45,021 nt of DNA, from the NCBI GenBank assembly GCA_001275005.1, contig JWZX01001788.1:1-45021 (forward strand), given 5' to 3'. This DNA comes from Chrysochromulina tobinii. Taxonomy: Eukaryota. Below, piece by piece: positions 30,801 to 40,569 of the stretch. The translations under genes and the position numbers were made by a program. The first letter of the stretch is position 1, and each line of letters starts with the position of its first letter. Under the pieces are notes generated by a model that saw only the letters and a program-made list of their open reading frames with translations, was not told the DNA's origin and searched no databases.

Positions 30801-33410
30801 ATGGTGCCTCGTCTGCTTCAGAGCGTGCTGTGTGCCACCCTGGGCTGCGCGGCCGGCTCCAGCGTCTTCTCCGAAAGCGGCTCATCCATGTTCTCCGAGA
30901 GTGCAAAGAACGAAGAAGCGGCTGCGGCACTAGCAGCGACCCTCGGCCTTGTCCGCATCACGGACGTGCGCTTCAAGGAGTTTGTAGAGTCGCCGCATGA
31001 GGGCGATGGCCTTGCGCAGCGCCGGCGATGGAGCAGCGTCGGCGATTGCCCGAACGAGCTGCTCGTCACCGACTCTTTCGGTCAGATTGCCTTCAAAGGG
31101 CTCGAGTTCGTGCAACCGCTTGAGTGCTCGTGGCGCATCCGCCCGAGCATGTTCTTGGAAGGCGGCTACTTTCGTGACATGGCCGCCCCGCTCACTCTGA
31201 GCTTTCTGGAGCTCAGCCTGTCACCCAACGAAGTCATCGAGATCTGGGCACCTGGAGAAATCAGCTACACCGACAACATGCAGCAGCTTGATGCCTTTCA
31301 GCGCGAGCGCCGCTCCGTTGCGGTCGGCGTCACTGCCGCCACTGCGGAGGAAGTCGCGCCAGGTAGCCCCCTGACCGAGGCGCTCGCCACCGTCGCCGCT
31401 CAAGCGAGGGCAGACGCCGAGACATCAAATGCCAAGGTCGCCAACCAGGTGGATCGCCAAACGGGCGTCGTCCTTGAAAGCAGAAGCGGCCAGAGCGGCG
31501 ATGGCAGCGGCGATGGCAACGGCAATGGCAACGGCGGCGCGAGTGGCGGCGGCGGCACAAGTGGCGGCAGTGACAGCAGCCGCGAGCCGCCTACTGACAG
31601 CAGCCGCGAGCCGCCTACTCTGCACATGCTCGCTCGGTACGAGGGCGGCAAGCATGCCGGCGCCGACCCGCCTCCCCCCTTGAGCTCACTCGTGGCTGAG
31701 GTGCTCGTCGTGTACAGGTGCACACCACCACAACGGGCGGCAGAGGTGTGGGCGGCGGTGCGGGCCGCGGTGGACCAAGTGGACCTCGAGAAGGCGGTGC
31801 GGCTCTTTGAGGGGGCGCGCGCTGCGCGGCTGCGCGGCTTCCTTGGTCAAGACGTGCGCCGCGTGCTGTATGCGCTCGCCAAGCGCGCTGCGGCGCAGAC
31901 GCCGTCGCTGCACGCGCGACTCTTCCCTCGCGGGCGTGCACGCGTCGACCGGCTGGGCTACGCGCCCTCGGGCACGACAAGCGCTCTGCTGCAGTACTCG
32001 GGAGCGGACGCGTTCTTGCCCGCGGACTGGGCGTATGATGCGCAGGGTCTCAACGAGCGACCGGCTGCTCTCGACCATCGCAGTACGGCCGAGACCCAGT
32101 TGCAGCGCAGCGGCTTCGCGGCGCTCGTTGACGAGGCCATCACCACCCTCGCTCAGGAGCAGCGACGGTACCTAGCGCGCAGCACGTACGACGCGACGAG
32201 CACGTGGAGCTACTTTGCCGACCGACACAGCCCACGCAAGTACCCCGCACCTCATCGGCTTGGCGAGCCAGACGTTACACCGCCAGGCGCCTCGCTAACG
32301 GGTGTGGAGCTGCTCGCGGCGCAGTCGTTCCAGGGCCCCCCAAGAGGGCTAGGGAGCGTTGGCCCCGTGGCGAGGGCGGAAAATCAGACATTCACCATTG
32401 AGGAGATCACCGAGCCCTACCACTTCGATCCAGGCGCTGTGGGCTCGCGCTGGCTGGTCAACTTCACCGTCGAGGCCGATTGCTCGTCGATCTTGCCGTA
32501 CGGCGAGCAGGCTTTCCCGCCCGAGCTCGCCGCGGGCCATGACAAGAACTTCCGCGGCGTCCCCTTTCCGATGCGCGATTCGCGTTGCCAGCCGGTGGCC
32601 GCGCAGGGCAAGCAGACGACGCGGGATCGACCCTACACCATCTCGGAGAAGATCATGCAAGAAACGGCCGAGTCCGAGCTCTCGGTGTGCCTGACGCCTC
32701 CGCAGGCGGATCCTTGCTCGAACATCTTGAATGCCGCGGCAGTCGTGGAGTCACGCTTGGTCGTCACGCCCCTTGGTGGCCTTCTCAGTCAATCCCGCGA
32801 TGACTTGAACCGCCTGCTCGGGGAGGTCGAGAGCAACTGCACAGTGGTCTGCCCCGCCTTCCTTGGGTGCGTCCATGCCTCCCTTTTGTCAGGTAACCGC
32901 TCCGCCGACGCGAGGCTGCGCTGCCTATCCTCCGTCGAAGGCAAGACGTGCGCCTCGCGGACCGTCGCGTCCTTTGCGAGGGCGCAGCGCCCATTCGGCG
33001 CTCGCAGCGGCTTCGAGCCCATCTGCCTCAAGTACAGCTGCTTCGACTGCCTGGTGAGGCAGTTTGAGCTCTACTTCAACTGTGCCCTTGCATGCACGCG
33101 TGATAAGACCGCCATCTCATGCGTGGACTGCGCGTACAACTACGCGGAGTCACACCACATGCTGCTCAGCCTGCAGGATCGGATGTGGGAGGCTTACTTC
33201 TTGAACGCGTTAGGCGAGACGGCGTTCGACGACATGCTCACTGCGGACTTCAGGACCTGCGCGGCGAGCGGGCAGAAATGCCTGGGGCTCGACAACTATA
33301 GAAGATTCGCCTTCGGCATCAACGACGCGCCCGGCTACAACAATACAGGCATCACGCCTGTCTTGGACTTGAATGGGAACCGCGTGTGCGGACAAGGCCT
33401 TTGCAATTGA
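30801..33410 (+). CDS. secreted protein with an interrupted CUB-like domain and a Cys-rich C-terminus
   Basis: Signal peptide MVPRLLQSVLCATLGCAAG; C..GQI...CSWRIRP...LTLSFLELSL (CUB-like); many Cys in the last ~250 aa. Confidence 0.75.
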   Translation: MVPRLLQSVLCATLGCAAGSSVFSESGSSMFSESAKNEEAAAALAATLGLVRITDVRFKEFVESPHEGDGLAQRRRWSSVGDCPNELLVTDSFGQIAFKGLEFVQPLECSWRIRPSMFLEGGYFRDMAAPLTLSFLELSLSPNEVIEIWAPGEISYTDNMQQLDAFQRERRSVAVGVTAATAEEVAPGSPLTEALATVAAQARADAETSNAKVANQVDRQTGVVLESRSGQSGDGSGDGNGNGNGGASGGGGTSGGSDSSREPPTDSSREPPTLHMLARYEGGKHAGADPPPPLSSLVAEVLVVYRCTPPQRAAEVWAAVRAAVDQVDLEKAVRLFEGARAARLRGFLGQDVRRVLYALAKRAAAQTPSLHARLFPRGRARVDRLGYAPSGTTSALLQYSGADAFLPADWAYDAQGLNERPAALDHRSTAETQLQRSGFAALVDEAITTLAQEQRRYLARSTYDATSTWSYFADRHSPRKYPAPHRLGEPDVTPPGASLTGVELLAAQSFQGPPRGLGSVGPVARAENQTFTIEEITEPYHFDPGAVGSRWLVNFTVEADCSSILPYGEQAFPPELAAGHDKNFRGVPFPMRDSRCQPVAAQGKQTTRDRPYTISEKIMQETAESELSVCLTPPQADPCSNILNAAAVVESRLVVTPLGGLLSQSRDDLNRLLGEVESNCTVVCPAFLGCVHASLLSGNRSADARLRCLSSVEGKTCASRTVASFARAQRPFGARSGFEPICLKYSCFDCLVRQFELYFNCALACTRDKTAISCVDCAYNYAESHHMLLSLQDRMWEAYFLNALGETAFDDMLTADFRTCAASGQKCLGLDNYRRFAFGINDAPGYNNTGITPVLDLNGNRVCGQGLCN

Positions 33411-33982
33411 GCTGATGCTGCGTCAGGTTGATTATACACTGTACGAAGCGCCGTACACTGCCTATTGACTAACGAGTAAACGAGTAAATGTAGAGCCGAC
33501 TGCCATGACATGTAGAGTGGTCGAATTGAGCATCATTTCGATGATTGTTGGGGGTACGTTCATCGTACTCAGTAGGTGAACCATTAGGAAGGGCCACAAG
33601 GGTGTTCAGCGGAACCGCTAGCTAGCGGGGAGGGTAGCGGAGAGGGGTCCGCCCACCTTCCTATGAGTAACTATCGAGTTTTCGAACCGTTTAAGGTTCG
33701 TAGTCCGCTCATGTGGTGTACATGGGGGCGAAACCTGATCTCAAAACCACCGAAGGGATTTGGACGAAACTCTAAGTACGAAACTCGAGCCAGAGGTGTC
33801 CCACATGCTCTCCCATTGAGTTCTAGCTCTAACCTTTCAGAAACGAACGTGGAAATCCCATACTCTAGATCACAAACCAGCCCAAAACCCTAATTTCGCA
33901 TTAAAAAGGAAGCGCGGGAAGTGCCCCCCTGAGACTCGAACCAGCTTACATGTAATATCACTGTCTGGCTCCACCGTTGTCC

Positions 33983-34119
33983 ATTCCTTCCCCACCCTCC
34001 CCCGCCTTTCCCCACCCTCCCCCGCCCCGGGGGCCTTGGCACTCATTGATGATTCTTTCCCCACCCTCCCCCGCCTTTCCCCACCCTCCCCCGCCCCGGG
34101 GGCCTTGGCACTCATTGAT
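33983..34119. repeat. 69-nt tandem duplication, each unit with an internal 20-nt C-rich repeat
   Basis: 33983-34050 is nearly identical to 34052-34119; unit TTCCCCACCCTCCCCCGCC occurs four times. Confidence 0.9.
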
Positions 34120-34389
34120 TTATGATTTTATGTAGGGCTGATTTCCAAAATTACCCTAATGAGTGCGAGCGGACTACCTTAACATAACAATTGAAAAACA
34201 AAAGAGAAAAGTAGTAAGTACATCACAACTTAAAGAAATTAAACGCTATTCCGGCTTCCTTAACGATAACGTTGGAACTCATCAACTCAAAGTTAACGTT
34301 AGGAACATGGTTAGGAAGCTCGCTCGACTCAAGAATCTCGTCTTCCTGTTGTTCTCTACAGGTGTTCATTACCCGTTTCGAGGTTGCTC

Positions 34390-36197
34390 TCACACGGTCA
34401 CAGTTACCGTGCCTCTTACCGTGCCTCGCCGCAGCGTCGCACCTGCCGCTGCAGCAGCCGCCGCCTGCGCCGCCGCCTCCCGCTGGCTGCGGCCCCGGCG
34501 CCGTGCGGCGGCGGCCTCGCTCGCGGCGAGCCACAGATTGTCACGCAGCTCCTTGACGAAGCGGAGGAGGGGAAGGGCGGCGCGGAAGGCGATGCCAGGC
34601 AGCCGCCGGTGCGTCGCGAGCAGAGGACGCGCTGCATCGAGCACATTGTACTCGGGCAGGAGCTCCTTGGCCATGCTCTCGAGGCAGAGCACGTTCATCA
34701 CGAGCGTCATGTAATTCGCTTCGAGGGTGACCCGATGCGCGCGCACGAGTCCTAAGACGCCGCGCAGCACCGACCCAAACTCGACGCCGGTGCCGTAGCC
34801 GCGGCATCGGTCGAGGAAGAGGGTTCGCATGTCCTCTGTGAACACGCTCACGCGCTCGGTCCCCACACACACCTCCTGCGACTCGGCAAAGCGCAGCACC
34901 GACCGCGCGGCCGCGGCGCCGTCACCCGCGCCCATGGCATGCAGCAGGCTGATGAACGCGGCCGACTCGGCCCGCGTGAGCCGAGCGACCATGCCCACGT
35001 CGAGCAGCACGATGCGTGGGGGTCGTCCACGTGGCGCGTCGAGGAGGATGTTGCCCGGGTGCAGGTCGGCATGCATCAGGTTATCCACGAGCAGCATCTT
35101 GAGGTACATGTCCTCGCCGCGGGACACGATAAAGTGCGCGAGGGACTTGGACAGCTTCGCATGCGTGCCGTCGGCGCGCGCGACCGTGTAGCGCGAGACG
35201 AGCTCACCTGCATGCAATTAGGGAGGCAATCAGCATGCAAGCCGGGCGCGACCGTGTAGCGCGAGACGAGCTCACCGGGTTCATAAGTCTCGACGAGCAC
35301 TGCTTTGCTTGGCGGCCGGCCGAGGGGTGTCAGCCTGCGCGGGAAGACGCAGTCGCGCCACGGGCCAAAGTTCCAGTTGAAGCGGTCGAGGTGCTCGCCC
35401 TCAATGTCGAGGCGCGTCTGCGCGACCATCGTCTCCGAGAATTGGCCGACCGACGCCTTCAGGTTCAGATAGCTCAGTCCGGGCACATGCGCGCTCGCCT
35501 CCGCCGCTAGGCGCATGAGCGTGAAGTCGGTCACGATGCGCTCGACGACGCGCGGGTGGCGTACCTTGACGGCGACTTCGCGCCCGCCAAGGGTGGCGCG
35601 GTGCACCTGCGCGATCGAGCCTGACGCGAGCGCCCGCGGCTCGAATCGTTCGAAGACCGTGTCCAAAGGCGCACCCAGGGCTTGCTCGATCTCCCGTCGG
35701 CTGTATGCAAACGAGTGCTCGGGCGCGCGCGAGTGCAGCTCGCCGAGCTCGGCGCAGAGGCGCTCGGGGAACATGTCGGGGCGCACCGCCGCCCACTGGC
35801 CCCACTTGATGAACGCGGTGCCCGCCGAAGCGAGCGCGCGCGTCACCAGCCAGAACCACACGCGACGCCGGAAGGGCCCAAGCAGCGCGGCGAGCGGCGC
35901 GGTGAGCAGCACGGGCAGGAAGAGGAGCATCAGCGCGAGCGCGCGCATGAAGAGGGCAACCGGGCCCGGCGGCGCCTCGTCGACGAGCGCCGCCTCCTCG
36001 CGCGCGCCCAGCACGGAGCGCAGCGGCGGCGGAAAGCCACGTGCAACGCGCTTGGCGACGACGGTGCTGGCGCCGCCGGCGAGCACGATGCGGCGGATCT
36101 GGCGCGGTGAGAGTAGCGGCGGCTCGCCATCGCGCGCTGACCACGTACCGGCGGGAACCAGAAGCAATACGAACAGGAGCGCCGACGAACAGGCCAT
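34390..36197 (-). CDS. ABC1/UbiB atypical kinase (ADCK2-like), ~579 aa; exons 36197-35276 and 35207-34390
   Basis: FIKWGQWAAVRPD, LASGSIAQVHRA, VAVKVRHP, HADLHPGNIL, LDVGM. Removing the 68-nt intron joins ORFs 35076-36221 and 34390-35217 in frame. Confidence 0.92.
35208..35275 (-). mobile_element. repeat-family intron (68 nt) with a perfect 31-nt exon duplication
   Basis: 35178-35208 equals 35246-35276; the 37-nt insert reads CCGGCTTGCATGCTGATTGCCTCCCTAATTGCATGCA on the - strand. Confidence 0.88.
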
Positions 36198-36331
36198 AGT
36201 CGCCGACGAACGGGAGCTCAAATCTTAAATTCGTCAGTTTTCGCAGACGCCCGACTGCACACCAAAACACCAGGTCAACTAAAATAGATAATTACTCTGA
36301 GAACTTCGAGAGAGGATCGCAGAGAATCATC
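36198..36331. promoter_or_regulatory. probable bidirectional promoter
   Basis: 134-bp AT-richer gap between the divergent ABC1 and RING gene starts. Confidence 0.4.
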
Positions 36332-38509
36332 ATGACGGACAGCACGTGTTACACTGCGGAGCCCGTCAACGTGCTCGACGTGGACGCCCGCGAAACCTCG
36401 TTCCTGCCCGACGCCGACTCCGACGTTCTCATCATCATCATCATCTGCTGCATCATCGGCTGGGCGCTGCGGCTCCTCTTCCTCGCGTATGCGCTGCGCG
36501 AGTTCGTGTTGGCCAAGGCGACGGGCCGGCTCTCGGTGCACTCGGACGTGCCACTGCACTCGTACATAGTGCCCCTCGATATCAACGCGCGGCTGCGCTT
36601 CCTCGGCTACCTGCGCGCGCGCACGCCCGCGGCACCAACCGCCGAGGTCGTAGCCTACACCAACCCGGTGGAGCTGCGGAGGGTGTGCCTCACCCTCGAC
36701 AGCGAAAGCGCCGGCAGCGGCGGCGAGGGCGAGGACGTCGCGTCCACTCCGCACCTCTCCATCTCCTTTGACTGCATGCTCCCCGCTACGCTCCAAGTCT
36801 TCTGGGGCGTCGCGCCGCTCGCGGGCCAGCGCCTCGAGCGCAGCCTCGGCGCGAGCGCGAGTTCATGCGGGGGCACAGGCGGCCGCGGCGACCACAGCTC
36901 GTCGCCCGGGGGCCGCGCCTCTGCCAGTGGTGCGCGCCCCTCCGCGTCGCGTCCGGAGCGCTCGGCGCGGAGCTCGGCGAGCTCGGGATATAGCTCGGGA
37001 TATAGCTCGGGAGGTCACAGCTCGGGAGGGCTCTGGCGACCTCGGCCTCGCGGTACCCTGCCGCAGCTGCACGATATCTCCAGTCCGCCACCCCCGGCCA
37101 TCGAAATGGCCCCGCTCCCGCCCGTGCGCACCAACCGCGGCTTCTCCGGCCGCTCTGCAGTCTCTGTAGGCGCCGATCGCGGCGCGGCGGGCGGCGGTGG
37201 CGCCGCAAGCGCCCCCAGCGCCCCCAGCGCCCCCAGCACCGCCAGCGCCGCCAGCGCCGCCAGGGATGGAGGCGCTCCATCCCACATCCTGTCGAGCTCG
37301 CTGTACATGTACGCGTCCGATGCGGTGGCAGTGAGCGCGGGTCGTGGGCACACGATCAAGCTCGGCCCCGAGGCCCTCCCCAGCCACGCTGACCTCGAAG
37401 CGACCCTCCGCTCCCCATGCCTACTCGTCTTCTCCGGATTTGGCGAGCCACCGCCCCCCTCCGCAGGCCTTCCGAAGCCGTTGGTGCTGCGCTCCACCGG
37501 CGCGCACGTGGCAGCGGCCAGCGCGGCGCCCACTGAGGCGGAAAGTGCGGCGGCCAGTGTAGCGGAGGAGGATGAGGGCCCGGCAGACGAAGCCGGGACG
37601 GCCACTCCAGATGCAGCCGCCTTGACCGCCGCCGCCGCCGCGACCCTCGTCACCCCATCAGACATTCCTCCGGAGCAAGCGACGTCCCGAGCGTCGTCCA
37701 GGTCCCCCCAGGGCATGGGGCTCATGCCCGCCCTTTGCGTCGCCGTCACGATCGGGTTCGGCTCCTCTCCCGCTGCTGTCGCCTCCGCGAGCGACGCAAC
37801 CACCGCCGCCACCATCGCCCCCACCGCCCCCACCAGCGTGACGTCGACGGCCTTATCCTCCGCCGTCGCCTCGGGAGCCTTGCCATGTATGGGAGACTCT
37901 TCAGCCGTCGCCTCCGCCACCGCCACGCCCTCCGCCACCGCCACGCCCTCATCCACGGCCACGCCCGCGAGCCCTTTCACACCTCTCTCGCCGAGCCCTT
38001 TCGCCCCTCTCTCGCCGAGGAGTCCGCGCACACCGCCTGCCACACCACCTGTCGGGCCCGTCTCGACCATCGACGGTCGGACCGACCCTCTTCCCACACC
38101 TCCCCCCTCGCTTACCGTCGCCCCCCCCCAAGACGCCAATGCCGCTGCCAGTGCCGCTGCGGGGAGCGCTGCCACCGAGAGCGCGCCAGACAGCGCTGTC
38201 TTGAGCAGCGGCAGTTACCTGGGCACAGTCGAGCAGCTGCTCCTCGGGACGGCCGATGGCTTCCTCGAGGTGGCCGAGGTGTTCGGCTTCCAAAGCGTTG
38301 GCGACGGGGAGGACCAGAGGCTCTGCGTCGCGTGCATGGCCGAGCCAAAGGATACCATCGTGCTCCCGTGCCGCCACCTATGCGTGTGCTCGTCCTGCTT
38401 CGACCAACTCACCAACGAGCGCTGCCCCGTATGCCGCACCCTCTTCACATCCTTCTTACGCATCGATCCAAGTATGAATACGTTTAGCAAACAATGGGAT
38501 GTACTCTGA
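36332..38509 (+). CDS. RING (C3HC4_3, MGRN1/RNF157/LOG2-like) E3 ubiquitin ligase with an N-terminal TM helix
   Basis: EVFG....CVACMAEPKDTIVLPCRHLCVCSSC...CPVCR; hydrophobic IIIIICCIIGWALRLLFLAY. Confidence 0.88.
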   Translation: MTDSTCYTAEPVNVLDVDARETSFLPDADSDVLIIIIICCIIGWALRLLFLAYALREFVLAKATGRLSVHSDVPLHSYIVPLDINARLRFLGYLRARTPAAPTAEVVAYTNPVELRRVCLTLDSESAGSGGEGEDVASTPHLSISFDCMLPATLQVFWGVAPLAGQRLERSLGASASSCGGTGGRGDHSSSPGGRASASGARPSASRPERSARSSASSGYSSGYSSGGHSSGGLWRPRPRGTLPQLHDISSPPPPAIEMAPLPPVRTNRGFSGRSAVSVGADRGAAGGGGAASAPSAPSAPSTASAASAARDGGAPSHILSSSLYMYASDAVAVSAGRGHTIKLGPEALPSHADLEATLRSPCLLVFSGFGEPPPPSAGLPKPLVLRSTGAHVAAASAAPTEAESAAASVAEEDEGPADEAGTATPDAAALTAAAAATLVTPSDIPPEQATSRASSRSPQGMGLMPALCVAVTIGFGSSPAAVASASDATTAATIAPTAPTSVTSTALSSAVASGALPCMGDSSAVASATATPSATATPSSTATPASPFTPLSPSPFAPLSPRSPRTPPATPPVGPVSTIDGRTDPLPTPPPSLTVAPPQDANAAASAAAGSAATESAPDSAVLSSGSYLGTVEQLLLGTADGFLEVAEVFGFQSVGDGEDQRLCVACMAEPKDTIVLPCRHLCVCSSCFDQLTNERCPVCRTLFTSFLRIDPSMNTFSKQWDVL

Positions 38510-38784
38510 GAGAAGTGTAGTCGGCCGTACATGTATCTACTATTCTAGATCTGATGTTCAGTTTTACCAATCTCTCTCTCTCGACTCATGCCCCAGACCA
38601 GCATGGGGCCCATTGCATGGCCAAATCAGATCATCATTTGAGTTACTCTTGTGGGAACGATTCCATCAGTCCGACACGGGGGGTCAATCTCCTGAATCTC
38701 GCCGTACGGCGCAACATATGGCCTCGGGACCGGTGGTCTTGCCGAGATGCATAACGTGTACTGTTCACGTGAACAACTTTTAAT

Positions 38785-39558
38785 ATGGGGATCCTCGTCG
38801 GCGCTCTACGAGGCGGCGCTAGACGCGCGTCGCTCGCCCGATGCCGCCGCTATGCCTTCACCTTCTCGCCCGAGAACTTTCGCGATCCCAACCTACCTTC
38901 TGGCCTGCGCGTGATCGATGTGCCCGCGGCGAAAGCGACGGATGAGACGCTTGCCGAGGTGGGCGCTTGCCTGATCCATGGGCCGGACGAGCGCACAGTG
39001 GCCAACAAGAATTTTGAGATCGTGCGATGGCCACAGCCGGGCTGGCGCCCGCTCGATCCGCAGACAGGCGATGAGGCGGGCACCACCGAGGGCCACTTTG
39101 ACGTCCACTGGCAGGCGGATTACTTCTTCGGGCACAATCTGGCGATCGCGACGGAGAACAACTACTACCTGGACGGGATCGGCTGCCCGCCCGAGCAAGC
39201 TCGGCGCGAGCTGCCGAGCGCGGGCGACGGCACCCACATCTTACTTTGGATGAGCGACTACCATCCGGACGGCGCGCAGCTGTTTTGGCCGTGCACGGAG
39301 CCGCCCGCTCCGTTCACAGTGTGCCTGGGTGCGGCGCGGTTTGGCGACGACATCCGGCCGACAGACATGCGAGCCTTCACTGTGCCCGCTGGTAAGGGCG
39401 TCTACCTTGCGCCGGGCACGTGGCATAACGGCATCTACCTTCGGCCCGAGCACTGCCCGGCGCGGTTTTTGACGCGCCAGGGTAAAGTGCACGCGAGGGT
39501 TTCGTGCTCCTGGGCGGATGAGTTTGGCGTGCTGCTGAGGGTGCCGCTGGGCGAATAG
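38785..39558 (+). CDS. ureidoglycolate lyase-like cupin protein with a probable mitochondrial presequence
   Basis: YHPDGAQLFWP...RAFTVPAGKGVYLAPGTWH resembles the AllA-family HPxGSQxF and GVxYxxGxWH motifs; Arg-rich N-terminus. Confidence 0.7.
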   Translation: MGILVGALRGGARRASLARCRRYAFTFSPENFRDPNLPSGLRVIDVPAAKATDETLAEVGACLIHGPDERTVANKNFEIVRWPQPGWRPLDPQTGDEAGTTEGHFDVHWQADYFFGHNLAIATENNYYLDGIGCPPEQARRELPSAGDGTHILLWMSDYHPDGAQLFWPCTEPPAPFTVCLGAARFGDDIRPTDMRAFTVPAGKGVYLAPGTWHNGIYLRPEHCPARFLTRQGKVHARVSCSWADEFGVLLRVPLGE

Positions 39559-39945
39559 CGCAGGAGGCGGCATCGGCACGAGGATACAGTAAAGCACGTT
39601 GACTTGTTGGAATGTATTCGTTTGCGCCGACGACCAGGTTCGAGGTTCTTGCGAAGGCGCCCGCGGGCGGGCGTCGCGCGAGTCTGTGTGTATACATGTA
39701 ACTGTCGAATTATACCGATTGGCTGTGAAAGGCCATTTCGCAAAAACTGCGGTAATTTGCGAAACTTGCTAAACCATGGTAACTCGCTTTTTTCACAAGT
39801 TTGCCTCGCGCGTGACGTCCACACACTTGGCCGATTGGTCGGCGCTGAGGTTGATTGGCGGCCCTTCTTGCCTGCCTTCGGACCTCGTTCTAGCGGCGCC
39901 TCATCTCCCTCAATCGCGCGCAGGCCTCTCCGTGAGCCCGCTGCA

Positions 39946-40212
39946 ATGGGTGACGTGGCGCACGAGTTAAGGACGACGAAGAAGGAGATTGAGTACATGA
40001 AGGGCTCTTACTCGTCGACCGCGGGCCCGGGCAGTCCTGTGTTTCCGGGCGCAGCAGCGATGGCCAAGAGCGAGGCGGGCGAGGCGATCAAAAAGTACAT
40101 CGACGGTCTACAAGCAACGGACCCGATGGAGGGTGCCGTAAATAGCTGGCTAGTAAAGGGCGGCGGCGGCGGCGGTGGTGGCGGCAGCGGCGGCGGGTGT
40201 GTGCTCCTTTAA
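39946..40212 (+). CDS. probable heterotrimeric G-protein gamma subunit (88 aa, CaaX)
   Basis: N-terminal helix ELRTTKKEIEYMK, KSEAGEAIKKYID, DPM..NSW, C-terminal CVLL. Confidence 0.7.
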   Translation: MGDVAHELRTTKKEIEYMKGSYSSTAGPGSPVFPGAAAMAKSEAGEAIKKYIDGLQATDPMEGAVNSWLVKGGGGGGGGGSGGGCVLL

Positions 40213-40569
40213 GGGGCATGGCACGAGTGGGCGCTTCGTGTACCTTGGCCACGTGGGCGCCGCAGCGAGCGCTGCGGCTGCCAGCCGCGCCTCCTGGCCG
40301 CGTCACGGAGTTGCCGTCAGCGCGACCGCGACAGCTGTGTATGTGACAAGTGCGGTGTGATCGGACTCGGTCGACGTGTGCAGCGACGACCGACGTCCGT
40401 TTGTGTCATGTCCTTGGGACGTCGCCTTAATCAAGCGTGTTGGCAAATTGGCGAGTCGATTCCATTTATCACAACCACTCTCCTGAGCTACTCTGCGCTG
40501 TAATGACGACTATACTGTCGCACCCACAATGCGAACCCGCCCGCCCAACATGAATGTCACATGCTGTGA

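Noticed and set aside
33735..33790. CTGA...GAAAC motifs suggestive of a hammerhead ribozyme
   Set aside because: The core reads CTGATCT rather than CTGANGA, and the required stems are not evident.
33900..33990. tRNA-like GGTTCGAGTC on the - strand
   Set aside because: No convincing acceptor, D or anticodon stems, so it is not called as a tRNA.
34163..34389. Lys-rich start of ORF 34163-34714 resembling a viral or transposon protein fragment
   Set aside because: GTG start, short, no recognisable motif, and most of the ORF is antisense to ABC1.
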